In this document: positions 12,901 through 27,399 of the stretch, piece after piece
Layout of the letters: the number at the start of each line of letters is the position of its first letter
Numbering within the stretch: position 1 is the first letter of the stretch
Source: Octopus sinensis
Taxonomy: Eukaryota
Assembly (NCBI RefSeq): GCF_006345805.1
Contig: NC_043001.1
Location: 78,244,001-78,308,000 of the forward strand
Reading direction: 5' to 3'
Length of the DNA stretch: 64,000 nucleotides
Made by a program: the position numbers and the translations under genes
The notes under the pieces: generated by a model
What the model was told of the DNA's origin: nothing
What the model saw: the letters and a program-made list of their open reading frames with translations, nothing else
The model's database searches: none

Positions 12901-13065
12901 TCAAGAACGGGATTTTTTTCCTGTTACTAGTGTTAGTGTTAGCAGTCTCTGATGTTCAGTGGGAGCATCGAGGTGATGCGTGTGCTGTTGCCGGTGCTGT
13001 CCACCTTGGGTCTATTGCTGTGGCGGTCTGTGTATGTGGATAGTCCCATCTGCGAGTTTGAGTTT
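9962..13065 (-). mobile_element. CR1-type LINE (APE endonuclease + RT), 5'-truncated, frameshifted
   Basis: APE motifs LTESDL..D.EI.IPHYVVLRTDR..RSHGGVAMY, YRPPD and MGDFNLP. RT motifs NYRPISLTSHISKVMERIV, QHGF..GRSC, YLDFAKAFDKVDH, SGVPQGTVLGP.LF and YADDTK. C-terminal SLERRRERY. The 3' tail reads GGCGGTGCCCCAGCATGGCCACAGCTCGTGAGCTGAAAC. Confidence 0.93.
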
Positions 13066-13347
13066 GTATATATGTATGTATATGTATATATATATTATAT
13101 ATAAATATATTATATATATATATATGGATATATAAATATATATATGAAATATATTATATATATATATATATATGTATATAAATTTTTTTTTTCTTAAATA
13201 TATATATACAGATATATATTATATATAATATATTATATATAGATTATATGTATATTATATATATATGTTATATATATAATATTTATATACACAGATCTAT
13301 CTATCTATTATCTATCTCTCTATTTAGCGGCCTATCTATCTAAAACA

Positions 13348-13378
<31 letters not shown>

Positions 13379-13421
13379 CACGTCTATCATCTAGTATCTA
13401 TCTCTCTCTCTCTCTCTCTCT

Positions 13422-13466
<45 letters not shown>

Positions 13467-13522
13467 CATGCCTATATATTTATATGTATCTATCACACAC
13501 ACATATAATATATTATATATAT

Positions 13523-13571
<49 letters not shown>

Positions 13572-13785
13572 CAATTTGAATATATGAAAAATTTCACTCA
13601 GTTATGCATGAATAGCTATGACTAAATAATGTATTGCATGATGTATGTCTGCCTAGAAACACTCATGCAACACACGCGCACACGTACACACATAAACAGA
13701 CATATATACATTTATATATCAATATGCATATTCATTATATTCCGTACCTACACGAAAATGATATAATGACTTATATATATATATA

Positions 13786-13819
<34 letters not shown>

Positions 13820-14091
13820 TATCAAAGATTCGCTTCAAAAATGCTTTGAATACTGTATTATGAAAAAAATTCGAATATCCATAAACAGAGATATATCATG
13901 CGTAACTGTATGTATGTTTGTGTGTATATGTATATATATACTTGATTATTTATGTATGTTCCAATCTATGTATTCATAATATTGATGTGTCAATAAGTAA
14001 TATTTTACCCATTGATACGCTACACCAATATACACACGCACATAACCACACATACACACACACATACACACACGCACGCACACACCACACG

Positions 14092-14154
<63 letters not shown>

Positions 14155-14376
14155 AAGATACAGATGCATATGCAGCTATAGACATCCATATGTATGAGCA
14201 TAAACTCACAATCTATCTGTGTATGAAACTATTTCATTAAACACGCATTCATATAGGTGTAATTAAAAATACATTCTTTAGTCATTCTTCTTACAAGAAC
14301 AACAAATATAATAACAAGAACAACAAGAACAACAACAAGAGCAACAACAACAACAACAACAACCAACAACAACAAC

Positions 14377-14422
<46 letters not shown>

Positions 14423-15349
14423 GCAAATGAAATAAGTCGTCTTCTTATTGATACTTTTAGTATTGTTATTATTTTCTTTCCACTTTTCATTATATACACA
14501 ACCATCTCCCACAAATTCATATGAAACTCAAATTTTTCGTACGCTAATTGTGAATGTTATACATGCTGTTTCGCTAGTAACATATTTTCTAATAAAACTA
14601 TATTCTGAGCACATTTCTATGTATTTACTCTAAACATGCAATATTTTTCATATTGTATTTAAGTCGTTTTCATTTTCAATTTTTTTTTTCCATTCGAGAC
14701 TTCATACTCTAAAGCTGTTTCTAATTTAGCTGCCATCTATTTGTTATTTAGGTTACTAAGACATGGCTAAGTATCTCATTATTATTACTTAATGTAAACA
14801 ACTAGTTAATTGAAATCTTAAAGCAAATTTTATCGCTGATTATAATTACGTCTTTAATCTAATGCCATGTGCTAAATAATGAGATCGAACGGCCTTCATT
14901 TTCTTGACATTATTTATATCTATGTTGTGCTTAAACCTACAAACGTTCTTCTTTATTAATCCTATGTTTATCCGCATTTAATTAATTGCGATTCCAATTA
15001 ATGTAATTTAATCATTAGGAAGCCAGGTGTTGAATTATAGATATGTTCTTTATTTTATTCTATTTCAGTAGACGCCGTGTGTACTAAAGTTTAAGAAATT
15101 ATCGTCTGCAAACAACTTGAATGGCGAGTAGCAAATTTTGTGTAAGTAAAGACGCACCGTCGTATTAAGTGCTCCCCAATTTCAGCAGTTTTTGGCGCAT
15201 CAAAGCACGCAATAATGGACAAGTTTGCAGAAGACCAGGGTGGTTTTTGAGACATCGAAATAACAACAATAAATGCTTTTGATATGGTTGGTTTGGTTGT
15301 TTATACCTCAGCTCTTAGGCAAACCAAATTGTCAATAATTAGACGCACT

Positions 15350-15545
15350 TAGGCAGCGAGCAGGAGAGCTAGCTTGTCGAAAATGCTCTGCAGTATTTCT
15401 ACCATTATGTTCTGAGGTCAGTTTCCTCTAACGTGGACTTTGCTCTTCATCATGTTCGGTGGAAAAAATAAGTACCAGTTGAGCACAAGAGCTGCTGTAA
15501 TCCGTATAACCCCACCTTAAAATTACTGACCTTGAGTCAAACACT
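15350..15545 (+). mobile_element. SINE family B, degenerate
   Basis: GTTCTGAGGTCAGTT...GTGGACTTTGCTCTTCATC...AAATAAGTACCAGTTGAGCAC matches the copy at 40251-40481. Confidence 0.65.
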
Positions 15546-17489
15546 GAATAATCATTTGGACAGATTAGAAAGCCTGACTCACCTGGAGCACGGAGACATA
15601 TTCTTTATCTCTATTTTATTTATTCTCTGTTTACATTTGAACGCCTAAAATCAATATTATTTTAATATCCTTCGTTTTTTTTTTGTGTGTGCTGTTAGTT
15701 CATATGCAACAGGAATCGTCTTAGAATTTTATAATTTGGGAGTCAATAACATAAGAATTTAATGAGCACTGGGGTCGATGTATTCGACTAGATCCTCCCA
15801 GCCACAACACTTCAGCCCTTGTAACTACAGAAGAATGAAATATTTCATTAAATATATTTAAGCGTTATCTGTAAATATCATCGACATTATTTCAATATCT
15901 ATATACATATTTATTACAGTTCTTGCACTACCGCCATGCTCTCCGTAGCATCAAACTTAATGTATATTTACTGAATATACATTAGGGCATTAGAAGCAAA
16001 ACAGAGAAATGCATAGTTCTTTTTAACATTGAAACCCGAAATAGCTACATGTATAAGTATTAGGTAGGTAAATTAAATTTCCGGTCAAAAATCCTTTTGC
16101 ATATGAAAAGTAAAGGTTTTCAATCCAAAACATTTTAACCCAATAATTATACGCTATTATTTATAAATTTATCTACTTCAAGTTTCACCGTTAAAACGAA
16201 TTCTTTCACTTCTCCCAAAGTTACTAAATTCTTTTTAAATAAACAAGGAAAATAAATGGTTATATTCAACAAATGCCCAACAGTTTGTCTTCAGTAGATT
16301 TGAACGTAAGACCTGTTTGCCAGTAAGTCTAATATTCATACACGCCCATACTCCAGTTATTTCAAAGTAGTCATTTAATGATCAACTCCAGAAACTATAA
16401 CGTACAGATCTGCCTCTCAGGATGATCAACTACAGACAAAGCGTTAGAATTACTATAATTTTCATTCAATTATATATTTCCATTTTGCTCAGAAACACGT
16501 TAACATTGCCAAGAATCAGCTCTGGAACTATATTATCAGAATCCATATAAGAATAAGAAAATCATCAAAGCTTTCATCGCATATATGACAATATGATGTA
16601 TATATAGAAAATTATATATATGTACACACACACACACACACAACACACCACACACACACATATATATAATATATTATATATATTATATATATAATATGTA
16701 TATATAATATATATATTTATGTAGTTTATATATAATATTTATGTAGTATATATTTGTATGTATATGTGTGTATGTGTATATCGATGCATCGATGTATACT
16801 ATATATATATATATATATATTTAATATATATATATATATATATATAATATATATATATATATACACGTATATATTTATATACGCATATATATACATATAT
16901 ATTTATGTATACATACACATATATACACTGTATATTTCATGTATGTACGTTTTACATTATTATGTCGAAACATATATGCTTACAGATGTATGCTCATATA
17001 TACTCATATGCTGATGAACAGATGCACAGCAAACGCATATGTGAATGTGTGTGTTGTGCGTCAATGTGCATGATGCTATAAGTGGGTATTATCTATGTTG
17101 TATGTGTATGTGTGTGTGTCTGAGAACTAGAGCGAGAGAATGAAAGAGTGTATGCGTACATATAAACAAAATTGCTCTAGTGAAGTGTGTCTTTTGTTCT
17201 CAACGGATGCCAGAAATATTCCAATGGCAAGCAAGACAGCAAATTGCTCTAAATGGTTTTAATTTCCTCATCTTTGTCTAGAAAAAAAATAGAAAACGAA
17301 ATACACATAATACATATAAATATATATACACATAAACATATATATATGTGTGTGTGGGGTGTGTGTGTTTGCCTGTGTGTGTGCCTGTGTGTGTGCCTGT
17401 ATGTGTGTGTGTGTCTGTGTGTGTGAATATATATATATATGACTTAAAATGAATACTAATATTAAACTGAATCGTAATAGTAAAGATAT

Positions 17490-17546
17490 TAATAATGATG
17501 ATGATGATATCAATAATAATAACAATAACAATAATGATGATAATAC

Positions 17547-17627
<81 letters not shown>

Positions 17628-17752
17628 TAATAATAATAATGATGATGATAATAATAATAATAATAATAATGATAATAATGATAATAATAATGATGATGAT
17701 GATAATGATGATGATGATGATGATGATGATAACGACAATAATAATAGTAATA
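17490..17752. repeat. (AAT)n/(GAT)n microsatellite
   Basis: Direct reading of the sequence. Confidence 0.95.
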
Positions 17753-18304
17753 ATTTCTTTTATATTAATAATAGTTGAAGAGCTGACACTCATTCTCAAT
17801 AATGGACTGTCTTTGTCTAAAATATCCTAAATGGTCAAGTTTTATGGTGCAGAGCAATAGGAATTAATGCTTGACCACACAGCCGGCAGTGAGAACATTT
17901 CGCGTCGGCACTTGGATGGAATATGGTAATATGTAGCCTGAAGTTATATTCTGCGATTCTCCGTCTTTTGAAGTTTATGGTTTTATGTCACATCGACTGG
18001 GCTAGTTTTTAACAATGATTCGTTCATCGTTCCCTTGTCGCATTACATTTTCTTCTCCATCAGCTGTTAATATTGTTGTTGTCGTTATTCTTCTTTTTCT
18101 TTTTCATCTTCGTCCATTGTCATTGAGACAAATAAAGGCATCATCACCTTCTTCTTCTTCTTCTTCATCATCATCATCATCATCTTGTTGGTGGTGGTGT
18201 TCTTCTTCTTCTTCTTTTCTTTCTTCTTCTTCTTCTTCTTCTTCTTCTTATTATTATTATTATTATTATTATTATATTATTATTATATTATTATTATTAT
18301 TATA

Positions 18305-18371
<67 letters not shown>

Positions 18372-18462
18372 TATTATTACTTATTATTATTATTATTTTA
18401 TAATCATCATTATCATCCATCATCATCATTCATCATCATCATCATCATCATATTATTATTAT

Positions 18463-18494
<32 letters not shown>

Positions 18495-18699
18495 CTTCTT
18501 CTTTCAAATTTGTTTCCATTTCTTGCCGAGTGTCTTCCCGACTCCTAGGGCAAAGAAACTCATAGTATACATTGGTAGGCCATTAAACTAAACTCAATAG
18601 TTCGTTCATTTTTTTTAAGTTAAAAAAAACTATTACTACATGGGTAGTAATAGTTCTCACAGCGACAATGCTCTTCTCAATACGTGTGATGTACCAGTT
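18495..18699 (-). mobile_element. 5'-truncated (205 bp) copy of the R4/Dong element at 1858-5798, embedded in (TTA)n
   Basis: Collinear high-identity match to ~1868-2068 (for example CTTGCCGAGTGTCTTCCCGACTCCTAGGGCAAAGAAACTCATAGT). TTA repeats flank both sides. Confidence 0.92.
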
Positions 18700-18717
18700 A
18701 TTATTATTATTATTATA

Positions 18718-18777
<60 letters not shown>

Positions 18778-18778
18778 G

Positions 18779-18950
18779 TGGCGAGCTCGCAGAATCCTTT
18801 GCACCGGTATATCGTCTATCTTTAAGTTTTGAGTTCAAATTCTAACTTTCATCTACGTCTTTTTTTAGCACTGGCGGTAGGGGGAGGTTCGATGCAGTCG
18901 ACGGAGCCCGCCTTTAAAAGTTCAGACATTAGGTCCATAGTATGGTTCAT
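18779..18950 (+). mobile_element. SINE family B, degenerate
   Basis: GGCGAGCTCGCAGAATC head and TTTTGAGTTCAAATTCT B box. Confidence 0.6.
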
Positions 18951-19039
18951 TACTATCATTTCAATTCACTTAACTCTGATTTGCCTGTGTCTATGTCACG
19001 TGTCAGTTTCATCCCGCAGCATAGAGACAGAACACTTTC

Positions 19040-19600
19040 CATAATACGAACTATTTCAAGTATTGCTATCATCCAAATACTTCCTAAAAAGTGTGATATT
19101 TACAGCTTTTGATGCTAGAATATTGCCCTTTTTGAGATGGTCCCAAATGCACCGATTACAATAGGTACCACAATTGGTACCACAGTCCATTTCTAAGTCT
19201 AGTTACTTCCTGATTACTCGTCCTCTCTCTTAACAATATTGTGATTTGCAGGTATAGCTATGATGATGCAAATCCATTTTTTGGACTCCTTCCGTTGGAG
19301 AGTGATACCTGGTCGGTTATGTTGCAGCATTTTATTTGTATAAATTGGCTCATAACATGTGAGTCTCTCCTGATGCTTCTCTGCTATTTGTAAAAGCTGT
19401 TGCTCAGAAACTTGGCACATTCCCGCCCATATTTCTTGCACAACTCCTAGTGTATTTACACTCCTATTTTGTCATAGCATTTTTTGCATTCCTATTAGGC
19501 TAGTTTTGAGCGTCCACTAATCATATGTCTGTCTCAAATGATTTTTCTACATTGTCTACACACATTTAATGCTGCTCTCTTACCAATGCCACACTAGATT
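19040..19600 (-). mobile_element. Older R4/Dong-type RLE endonuclease fragment (distinct family)
   Basis: IYTNKMLQHNRPGITLQRKESKKWICIIIAIPANHNIVKREDE parallels the (TD)..NKPDI...ID.SIP.D.NI..KE..K motif. It is followed by a VPIVIGAFGTI-like segment. Confidence 0.75.
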
Positions 19601-19724
19601 GAATTAGTAGGTAAAGCTTCGTCTTGCGCAGCTAGAATCAGCCCTTTTGTTTCCTTCTTTAAAAAAACCTGCAATTACGATATCCAGGATTCGTCAACGT
19701 CTTCGTCATGTTTGCTGTCTTCAC

Positions 19725-19782
19725 CATCCTCATCATCCTCATCATCCTCATCATCCTCATCCTCATCATCATCTTCATCATC

Positions 19783-19832
<50 letters not shown>

Positions 19833-19870
19833 TATCATCATCATCGTCATCATCATCATCATCATCATCA
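19725..19870. repeat. (CAT)n microsatellite
   Basis: Direct reading of the sequence. Confidence 0.95.
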
Positions 19871-19872
19871 TT

Positions 19873-20075
19873 AAGGCAGTGAGGTTGCAGGATGGTTAGC
19901 ACGCCGGTAAAAATGTTTAGGGACGCTTCGTCCGCGTTTACGGTTTCTGTTCAAATTCCGCCGTGCTCGACTCTGCTTTTTATTCTCTCGGAGTCGATAA
20001 AGTTATTACCAGTTGAGCACAAGTGTCAATGTAATCGACTTAACACACTTCCCCTAATTGCAAGAATTCCACCAA
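19873..20075 (+). mobile_element. SINE family B
   Basis: GTTAGCACGCCGGTAAAAATGTTTAG...GTTCAAATTCCGCCG...GTCGATAAAGTTATTACCAGTTGAGCAC. Confidence 0.75.
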
Positions 20076-21621
20076 ACACTTCAGGGTATCTCGAGAGATA
20101 CGTTTTCAAATGAAAAATGGTGAAATTACGGTATTATCTGATGTAACTTCGAGACTGGATATGTAACCAACATACAACATGAATTTTTAGCTGTACGAAC
20201 ATCTATATATTTGTGTCCCAGTACATGCGTCAAGGCAGTAAAAGAATGGTGAAAAGAGACATTAGAAACAACGTACATTCGTGGCTGCTGGTGGTCTAAG
20301 TAGGCCTTTCGAAAACTGATATGTTGTCAGAAGAGCTGAAAACGGATTTGCTAGTCCTAATGACCACTGGAGATTATCGAGCCATACGGCGCATTGCCCA
20401 GCAGAAGGCGCTTAAACTAAGAGCGTAGCATAAACTTTACAGAGCGAAATTTCAAGTCACTACAGCTGTTGTAAAATTAGCACATCAGAGATATACCCTA
20501 TAGAACTGGAGATAGTTGAGGGTAAAAGTAGGGGAAATATGGGAAATCAATCGAAGCATTAAAGCCAACAACAGATTTTAGTTTTCAAAGAAGTAATCCC
20601 AAAAATCTTAAGGATGACGAGAAAAATCCCTTTGACAGAAACACAAACTTACAGACATAAGACATGGGATATTATACGGTGGGGATTAAAGCGATATTTC
20701 AAGCGTCTGGAAATACCAGACGAAAGTTCCCACGTTGGTGTTATAGAGTTAGTTCGGGTGTGCAAGTGTCAATAAAATATGATCTGTCAAAACACCATGA
20801 GAAAACTGATGATTTTTTCAAATTTGGGATTAATACATTGTATGAGATCTGTCATGCAGTGAATTTCGCCGGCAGATTTTTTACAAACATATTTTAAAGC
20901 TACGCAAATTTCTTATTGTGTATTTCACATAATTCAACGTATGTATATGGGCGCTAATGCTTTTTTCAAGAAAAGAGGTAAAATTCGGAGAGTTTAGTTA
21001 CTGGCCCTTTTATCATATATGCTGTATTTCATTTAACTCCTGTATCCATGTCATTGCCGCTCCTTCCTGCCTCTGATTTTAGCTGATTACTCAGTGCCAT
21101 TCATTCGACATCATTTCCTTATCCTTAATCGGTATATTACAGTATCATTCTGTTTAATATCTAGTAAAGCAATTCGACTTGTTGAATTTAACATCCATCA
21201 ACCTATGTCGAAAGTTAGATATCGCAATGTTTGATTCAACTATCATTGGCTTCAGAATTATTGCGTTTTAAAGTGTTAATAGTAGATATTTATATATGAT
21301 CACTAAACGTGAGTAAAAAAATGTGTTGCCAATTATAATGGACAAAAGGTGGCAGAAGATCAAAATTGTAGAGTAGTGAACGAAAAAGAAAGGTGGTAAA
21401 AACAAACACAGTATGTCACATTAAATTGGAACGCATTTCAGGTAGAAGTAAAATAAAAACAGAAAATAAGAGAAGAGCGTGTTAGAGAACATTAGAAGAT
21501 ATTTACACATACTTGAAAATTTCACAATCTAAAACGGATTGATTTCTTAGAGAATTTGTAATATCTGTGATAAATTACACACACACACGCGCCCCACCCA
21601 CACCTACAATCTATATAAACA

Positions 21622-21660
<39 letters not shown>

Positions 21661-22157
21661 TATATATAAACATATATACACACACGTGTATGTAAATATA
21701 TATATATATATATATACATTTGCATATATACACACATATATGTGTGTGCATGTGAATACAGATGAGAATCATATTTATAATATGTCAGAAAATTGTGCTA
21801 CAAATTTGGTGGAGAGAATGAAAAGATTGTGTTAAAAAAACAACAAAGAACATTTTTGCCTCATGTAGTTTCTTTTTTTTTTTTTTTGAACTTCTTTTAA
21901 TTGGAGACATAACATGTAAGAAATGTATAGAAGCGAAACGATATGATAGCGTTTAAAAAAATAGTATTAATAAAACCATTTATTAAGAAATAAAATAAAA
22001 ATCAAATAAACATTATCATGGCATGCGTTTAAAGAAGAACAGAAAGCGAATTTCAGAGAGAGTCTATAACAAATAGGTTAGAGAAAATATGAATATGTGT
22101 ATACTGAACGATTCAGTTGAATTTTCACTTGTATATGTGTGTGTGTGTGTGTGTGTG

Positions 22158-22356
22158 TATTCTTTTATTCTTTTACTTGTTTCAGTCATTTGACTGCTGC
22201 CGTGCTGGAGCACCGCCTTAAAGGGTTTGGGTCGAAGAAATCGCCCCCGGAGCTTATTCTCTGTAAGCTTTGTACTTATTCTATTAGTTTCATTTGCCGA
22301 AGTTACGAGGACATAAACATCATCGGTTGTCAGATGACAGTGGAAGCACAAACACA

Positions 22357-22360
<4 letters not shown>
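22158..22360 (-). mobile_element. SINE family A, 3' half, followed by a (CA)n expansion
   Basis: TTTTACTTGTTTCAGTCATTTGACTGCTGCCGTGCTGGAGCACCGCC matches the family A tail. Confidence 0.85.
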
Positions 22361-22436
<76 letters not shown>

Positions 22437-22513
22437 ACACACACACGCACGCACACACACACACGCAAATATATAGGATGCGGTGAATAACACTGAAATT
22501 TCATTTTAGCATA

Positions 22514-23798
22514 TGTTGTGCCATCCAATATAATGCGGGTTTTTATACTTTTTCAATATTTGAAAATTAAGATAGACGAAATTAATTTTTGATCTAAAGT
22601 ATCCTCTCCTTCATTTCGTACAATGCTCTTCTTTCTATCTGGTAGTCTTGCAAGGCCTCTCTTCCAAATTTCATTTGTCCGTAACGAAAATTACTCTTCC
22701 AGTACTGTTCTGACCTCGTCTAGAGAATTCATATTTTTTCCGTCCAAATGATTGTAAAAACTACGGAATAAATGATAATCAGATGGAAAAATGTCCGCCA
22801 TATATAGTGAGTGAGGCATTACTTCCCATTCAAACTACTCCAGCGTTTATAATATCATCCGCGCTGTATATGACCGAGCGTTATCCTGATGGAAGAACAT
22901 CCTTTGTTTTGAAACCAAAAATGATCGTTTTCCTTCTAGCGCTGACTTAAGACGTTCAAGCTGCTCGCAGTATATTTCCTTTGTTATCGTTTGGTTTGGG
23001 TTTAAAAGTTTAAAAGTTTAAAAGTTTAAACCTTTTATATTTCAAACAGATAAAAACAACTTGCATGGGTGAAGACCTTCTTTAGCCTGGGGTGTCGGTG
23101 TTTCTCCTTTCCTTACCTACTCTCTTCGGCGCTTGACATTTTTATAGAGAACTCATTTCTGCTCACTAGTCACTATTCGGTCAAAAAGAAAGGTTCATTC
23201 TTGAGACGTAACAGCAAAGAAGAGCACGCATTCGGTTTATGCGCGCGATTAGACACGGAAGTTTTGTGAGGAACCCATTGACCCAATTTGCTGACTTTTT
23301 CAATGTAACTCAGGTGTCGATAATTGGTTGAATGACCAAATTCAAGCTTCCTGAACAGTCACCTTGAGATTTTTTCCCCCAGGGTTTGCAGGATGTCCTC
23401 GTCTAGCTCTACAGACGAACTCCAGGACGAGGCTCGTCTTCAAACATATAGTGTCCGGCTCGGAATTTCTAGAATCACCGTTGATACTAGCTTACTTTTA
23501 TTGTCCGATCCTCATATACTGCATTAATATTCCTCGCACTTTTCGTCGCGTTGTTGCCTTTATTGAACTCATAAAAGCAAAATATGCCGAATATACTCCT
23601 TTGTCTCTTCCATTATAGCTTTGAAAATATAACTGTTAAAATCGAACTGCACTCATCAAAACATGCACTAAGGATAAATACACGGTAAAATTACTACCTG
23701 CTTTTATAGCAATTTGATGTAGGTAGTTTATCCCGTCCGCATCTGACTATCAGTTCATGCAATTGTAAAAACTGCATTATTTATGGGATGACGCAATA
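22514..23798 (-). mobile_element. Mariner (DD34D) DNA transposon, full length, decayed
   Basis: Imperfect TIRs at 22514-22544 and ~23768-23798 with TA on both sides. N-terminal EYIRHILLYEFNKGNNATKSARNINAVY; C-terminal DIFPSDYHLFRSF.NHLDGK. Length is 1285 bp. Confidence 0.88.
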
Positions 23799-23842
23799 TA
23801 TTTACCCGAATTGCATAAAAATATCTTGAAATACTATAGAGT

Positions 23843-24058
23843 AAATTTATTCAATAAAATCGTCATTAGCTTCAACCACGGTCTCCAGACGACTTTGGAA
23901 TCTCCTGCAACTCTTTTCTAGACGGTCTCCTTTTTTACGTTGGTGAATGTTATAATCCATGCTTTCAGTTCATCTTTGGTGTTACAAGAAGTTTTGTTTG
24001 TGTTTCGCTCAAATGCGCCCTACACATAATAATCAAGGGGGTTGCAGTCTGGGGAGTT
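23843..24058 (-). mobile_element. maT/DD37D-like transposase C-terminal fragment
   Basis: NSPDCNPLDYYV*GAFERNTNKTSCNTKDELKA...SRLETVVEANDDFIE*; same family type as 63125-64000. Confidence 0.75.
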
Positions 24059-24061
24059 ATA

Positions 24062-24420
24062 TTTCTATGTATATTTTCTTTGCTCGTTTGATCCCAACAT
24101 CTATTAATGAAATAGGGTAAGTCTCCTGATTAATGTTGATTCATGTTCACGTAGTCTTAGTTGACGTGTACTGGTTCTCGAAACTATGGTACAGAGTTTT
24201 TCGCTTAATCATTATGTATATTAATTATTGTGTGTTTGGGGTGGCACGGGTTGAATAATAGGTATTGTTTTGAATCCTAGTATTTATAAAAGATGTAGGT
24301 TTCAGTGTAGTTATTCACTATTTTAATTAGGATTTCAAGAAAGGGTGTTGTTTATTGCTGTGTTCCATGGTGAATTGTATGCTGCTATTGATATTGTTGA
24401 TCACAAACACAAGTACATAT
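24062..24420 (-). mobile_element. Penelope-like element RT (thumb region) fragment
   Basis: NNINSSIQFTMEHSNKQHPFL..LIK...TYIFYK..DSKQYLLFNPCHPKHT is the I.FT.E....LPFLD / YYK.T...YL...S.HP pattern typical of PLE RTs. Confidence 0.75.
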
Positions 24421-25895
24421 ATGAATATCAGTATTTTTTGTCTCTCTGTAAGCATTTCGCTTTCTATATTTTGATTAGCGGTATTCGATCTACCTTGGAT
24501 GTCTTGATTGCAACTCCTTCCTCTGCCGTAAATATTTTGAAAAAATAATTTCTCGTAGACGGCGAAATTCGGTTATGGGTTGATCAAGTTTCATCAGCAC
24601 TGCTAGTTAGCACTACCGTATCAAGTCTTTTCCCTGTATCGCGGATCATCAGCATTGGTAAGTCAAGTGGAATGCCAGACAGGAAATCAATCTACCAATC
24701 AGTTGTGGGAAGCTGGCCGGCTGTCATATTCAGAAATTAGAGACATACGCAATTTTTGTTGTGAATACTAATTTGAACACCCAACTTAACATGGATATGT
24801 TGTTTATACCACCTTAAGCTGTTGCAAATATTCCGAAAACACATTTTGAGTGAACGGCCAATACTTAGAATTTTCAAAATTCTATTATCGCTTGATGAAA
24901 TTCCCTCGTTACACTGGCTGATGGCACTTACGTAAAACTTGACCATGGTTTCTTTCTCCTATTATTCCTATCAACTAATAACAGGCAAGACTGAACACAC
25001 AATACTTCCCTCACTATACAACTGGGCCCTGAATCATGAATGTGTTCGAATAGACTTCTATCCTCGTGACTGGGATTATTTTGTTTTAATCTATTCCGAT
25101 CAGTCTTATGTTGTGGAAGACAGGATAAAGAAAATTTTTTTCGAGGCACAAAAATAACAGAATAACGAAGTTGGCCTTCTACGATTTTCAAACAGCTGTA
25201 AAAATCAATAGTGGGTTGACCAAAATGCACTGAGGCATTTAGTTATAACTCTTTATACTCTAAAGTCAAATCCGGTCATGTTCGACTTTGTCTTCCGGCG
25301 TCGATAAAATAAAAACCATTCAAGTATTAGAACTGATATGATCGAATATAAACATCACTCAAATTCGAAGTTTGTGTTTATGGTAGAAATCAATATTTAA
25401 TGCCAAAAATGGGATATTTAATGTCAAAAATTGGAGGTGGATTGTAGAAACAATACAAGACTGGATTAAATACTTTACCACTATATATTGTTGTCCCTCT
25501 TCAGAATTGTCTTTCATCTCCCTGAAAGCAATAACATTTTGCAACGATCATGAATTGATGTCGATTAAATCGATAATATTTTGCCAGTGAAATATTTTGG
25601 CTCGATGTTAATGTTAGAAATCCAAATTTATTGTTAATATCTCGGTTCAAGAACGGTATTAAAAATATTATTTAATGTTTTCAAAAGTGTTAGTGCATGC
25701 CATCAGTAAACTTTTACGTCGAACACAAAGTTCCAGAAACGAGGCTAGCTGTTTTGAGCTGAGGCACCAAATAAATCTGCTGGAAAAGTAGCCAAAATCT
25801 TCCCAATATATACCTGAATATAATAAAGAATCGTTTGGAAATTATACATTATCTTGATCATCTCATCCTCCTCCTCCTCCTCCTCCTCCTCCTCC

Positions 25896-25950
<55 letters not shown>

Positions 25951-26958
25951 TTTCATCATCACCATTATCAACTCCCCTGGTCATTACTTGAGCCATTCGA
26001 CTTACAATACCGCTTAACGTGTTTCAATGGTTTATCAGTGAATGCAACGCCAGTCCAGCACAGAGTGAATAGAATTGGAAAAAACGTAAAATGATAAATT
26101 GTTAATCAAGAGCACAACGCACTGCCCAGCCCAGTTCTTCAGATCGTAAGTGCAACACCCAAACCACTAAGCCATACGCCTTCAAAAATGATACTCTAAA
26201 CCTAAATACAAAGACGAAATTCACACGTTAAAAATACTTGTGATCATAGTTCTTCTTACCCAAGGCTGAATTAATACTAAACAACAATATCGACTTCTTG
26301 AAAAATCCCTTTACAGTGAATGCCATAACCTTCTATTTCACTACATAATGAGAATCTATAGAAGCGACTTTTTTCCTGTGGTTTCCTTATTTAAATGCAT
26401 ACGGCTATAGAAGATGAAGGTTTAAAATTTAACATTTTAACGTTAATCGATTCAGTTAGGTAAGTTTAATGACTGTGAGAGTATTGGCTATCAAAATGCC
26501 CTTTTGAATGTCTTCCTGAATCAGCAGAGTTTCCTGAAGATTTGTGGCAGTGAATTGACATTTTGTGTGAACGAGTGCATGAAGTCAAGTTATTGTGGGA
26601 GAATAGCTTCCGCTCATGCAATTTAAAAATTAAGAATAAAAAAGATAATAACGATCGGTTCGTCATTGATGTCTGCATTCGTTTCTTTCATGTGCTGACG
26701 TTAGATGAATTAATATGTAAAGTGAGAGAAGGGAAAAAGAGAAAGAGAGGAGGGAGAGAGAGAGAAAGATAGAGAGAGGAAGCGGGAGAGAGGGAGAGGG
26801 ACAGAAAATGAATTCGGCTGGGAGGAATCGAAAAAGATACACAGAAAAATGAAGAGATTTGGTGATACGTGTGAGAAAGCAGTTGACGATAAACAAAAAT
26901 AATAATGCTAATAATAATGCTAATGATAATAATAATAATAATAATAATAATATAATAA

Positions 26959-27002
<44 letters not shown>

Positions 27003-27399
27003 CAACAACAACAACAGCAATAATAATCATAAGCAGTAAAAAAGAAACAGATGTAGAGGAGGAAATATTTTGTGGCAAGACAGGGTCAGGTTGGGGATAA
27101 GTGTGAAATGGTTTTGAAGTGGTCGGAATGCAGAGAGAAAGAGGAAGATAAACAGAGATTTAAAAATGTATATAAATAGAATGAGGGTAGAGATAGCGGT
27201 TCAGAAGTAAAGAGAATAACTGTAGTTAAGCAGGAAAATATATATAAAAAATAGGGACATGCAGAGAGATAGTATTAGAAGAAAGATAAAATAAGTGGAG
27301 AGAAATGATGAAATCTCAGAGAAAGGGAGGGGTTTAAAAAGAAAAATTTTACGTGATTGGTAGAAAGGGAATATGAAAGGGAGAAACTGAGAGTGAAAT

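Noticed and set aside
24625-24660. CTGATGA...GAAA on the minus strand
   Set aside because: Stem II is only 2-3 bp and there is no stem I complementarity; it is a chance core match.
26412-26460. 49-bp candidate exon (EDEGLKFNILTLIDSV, AG/GTAAGT donor)
   Set aside because: The donor is good but the acceptor is weak, the peptide is unrecognised and there is no convincing phase-compatible partner.
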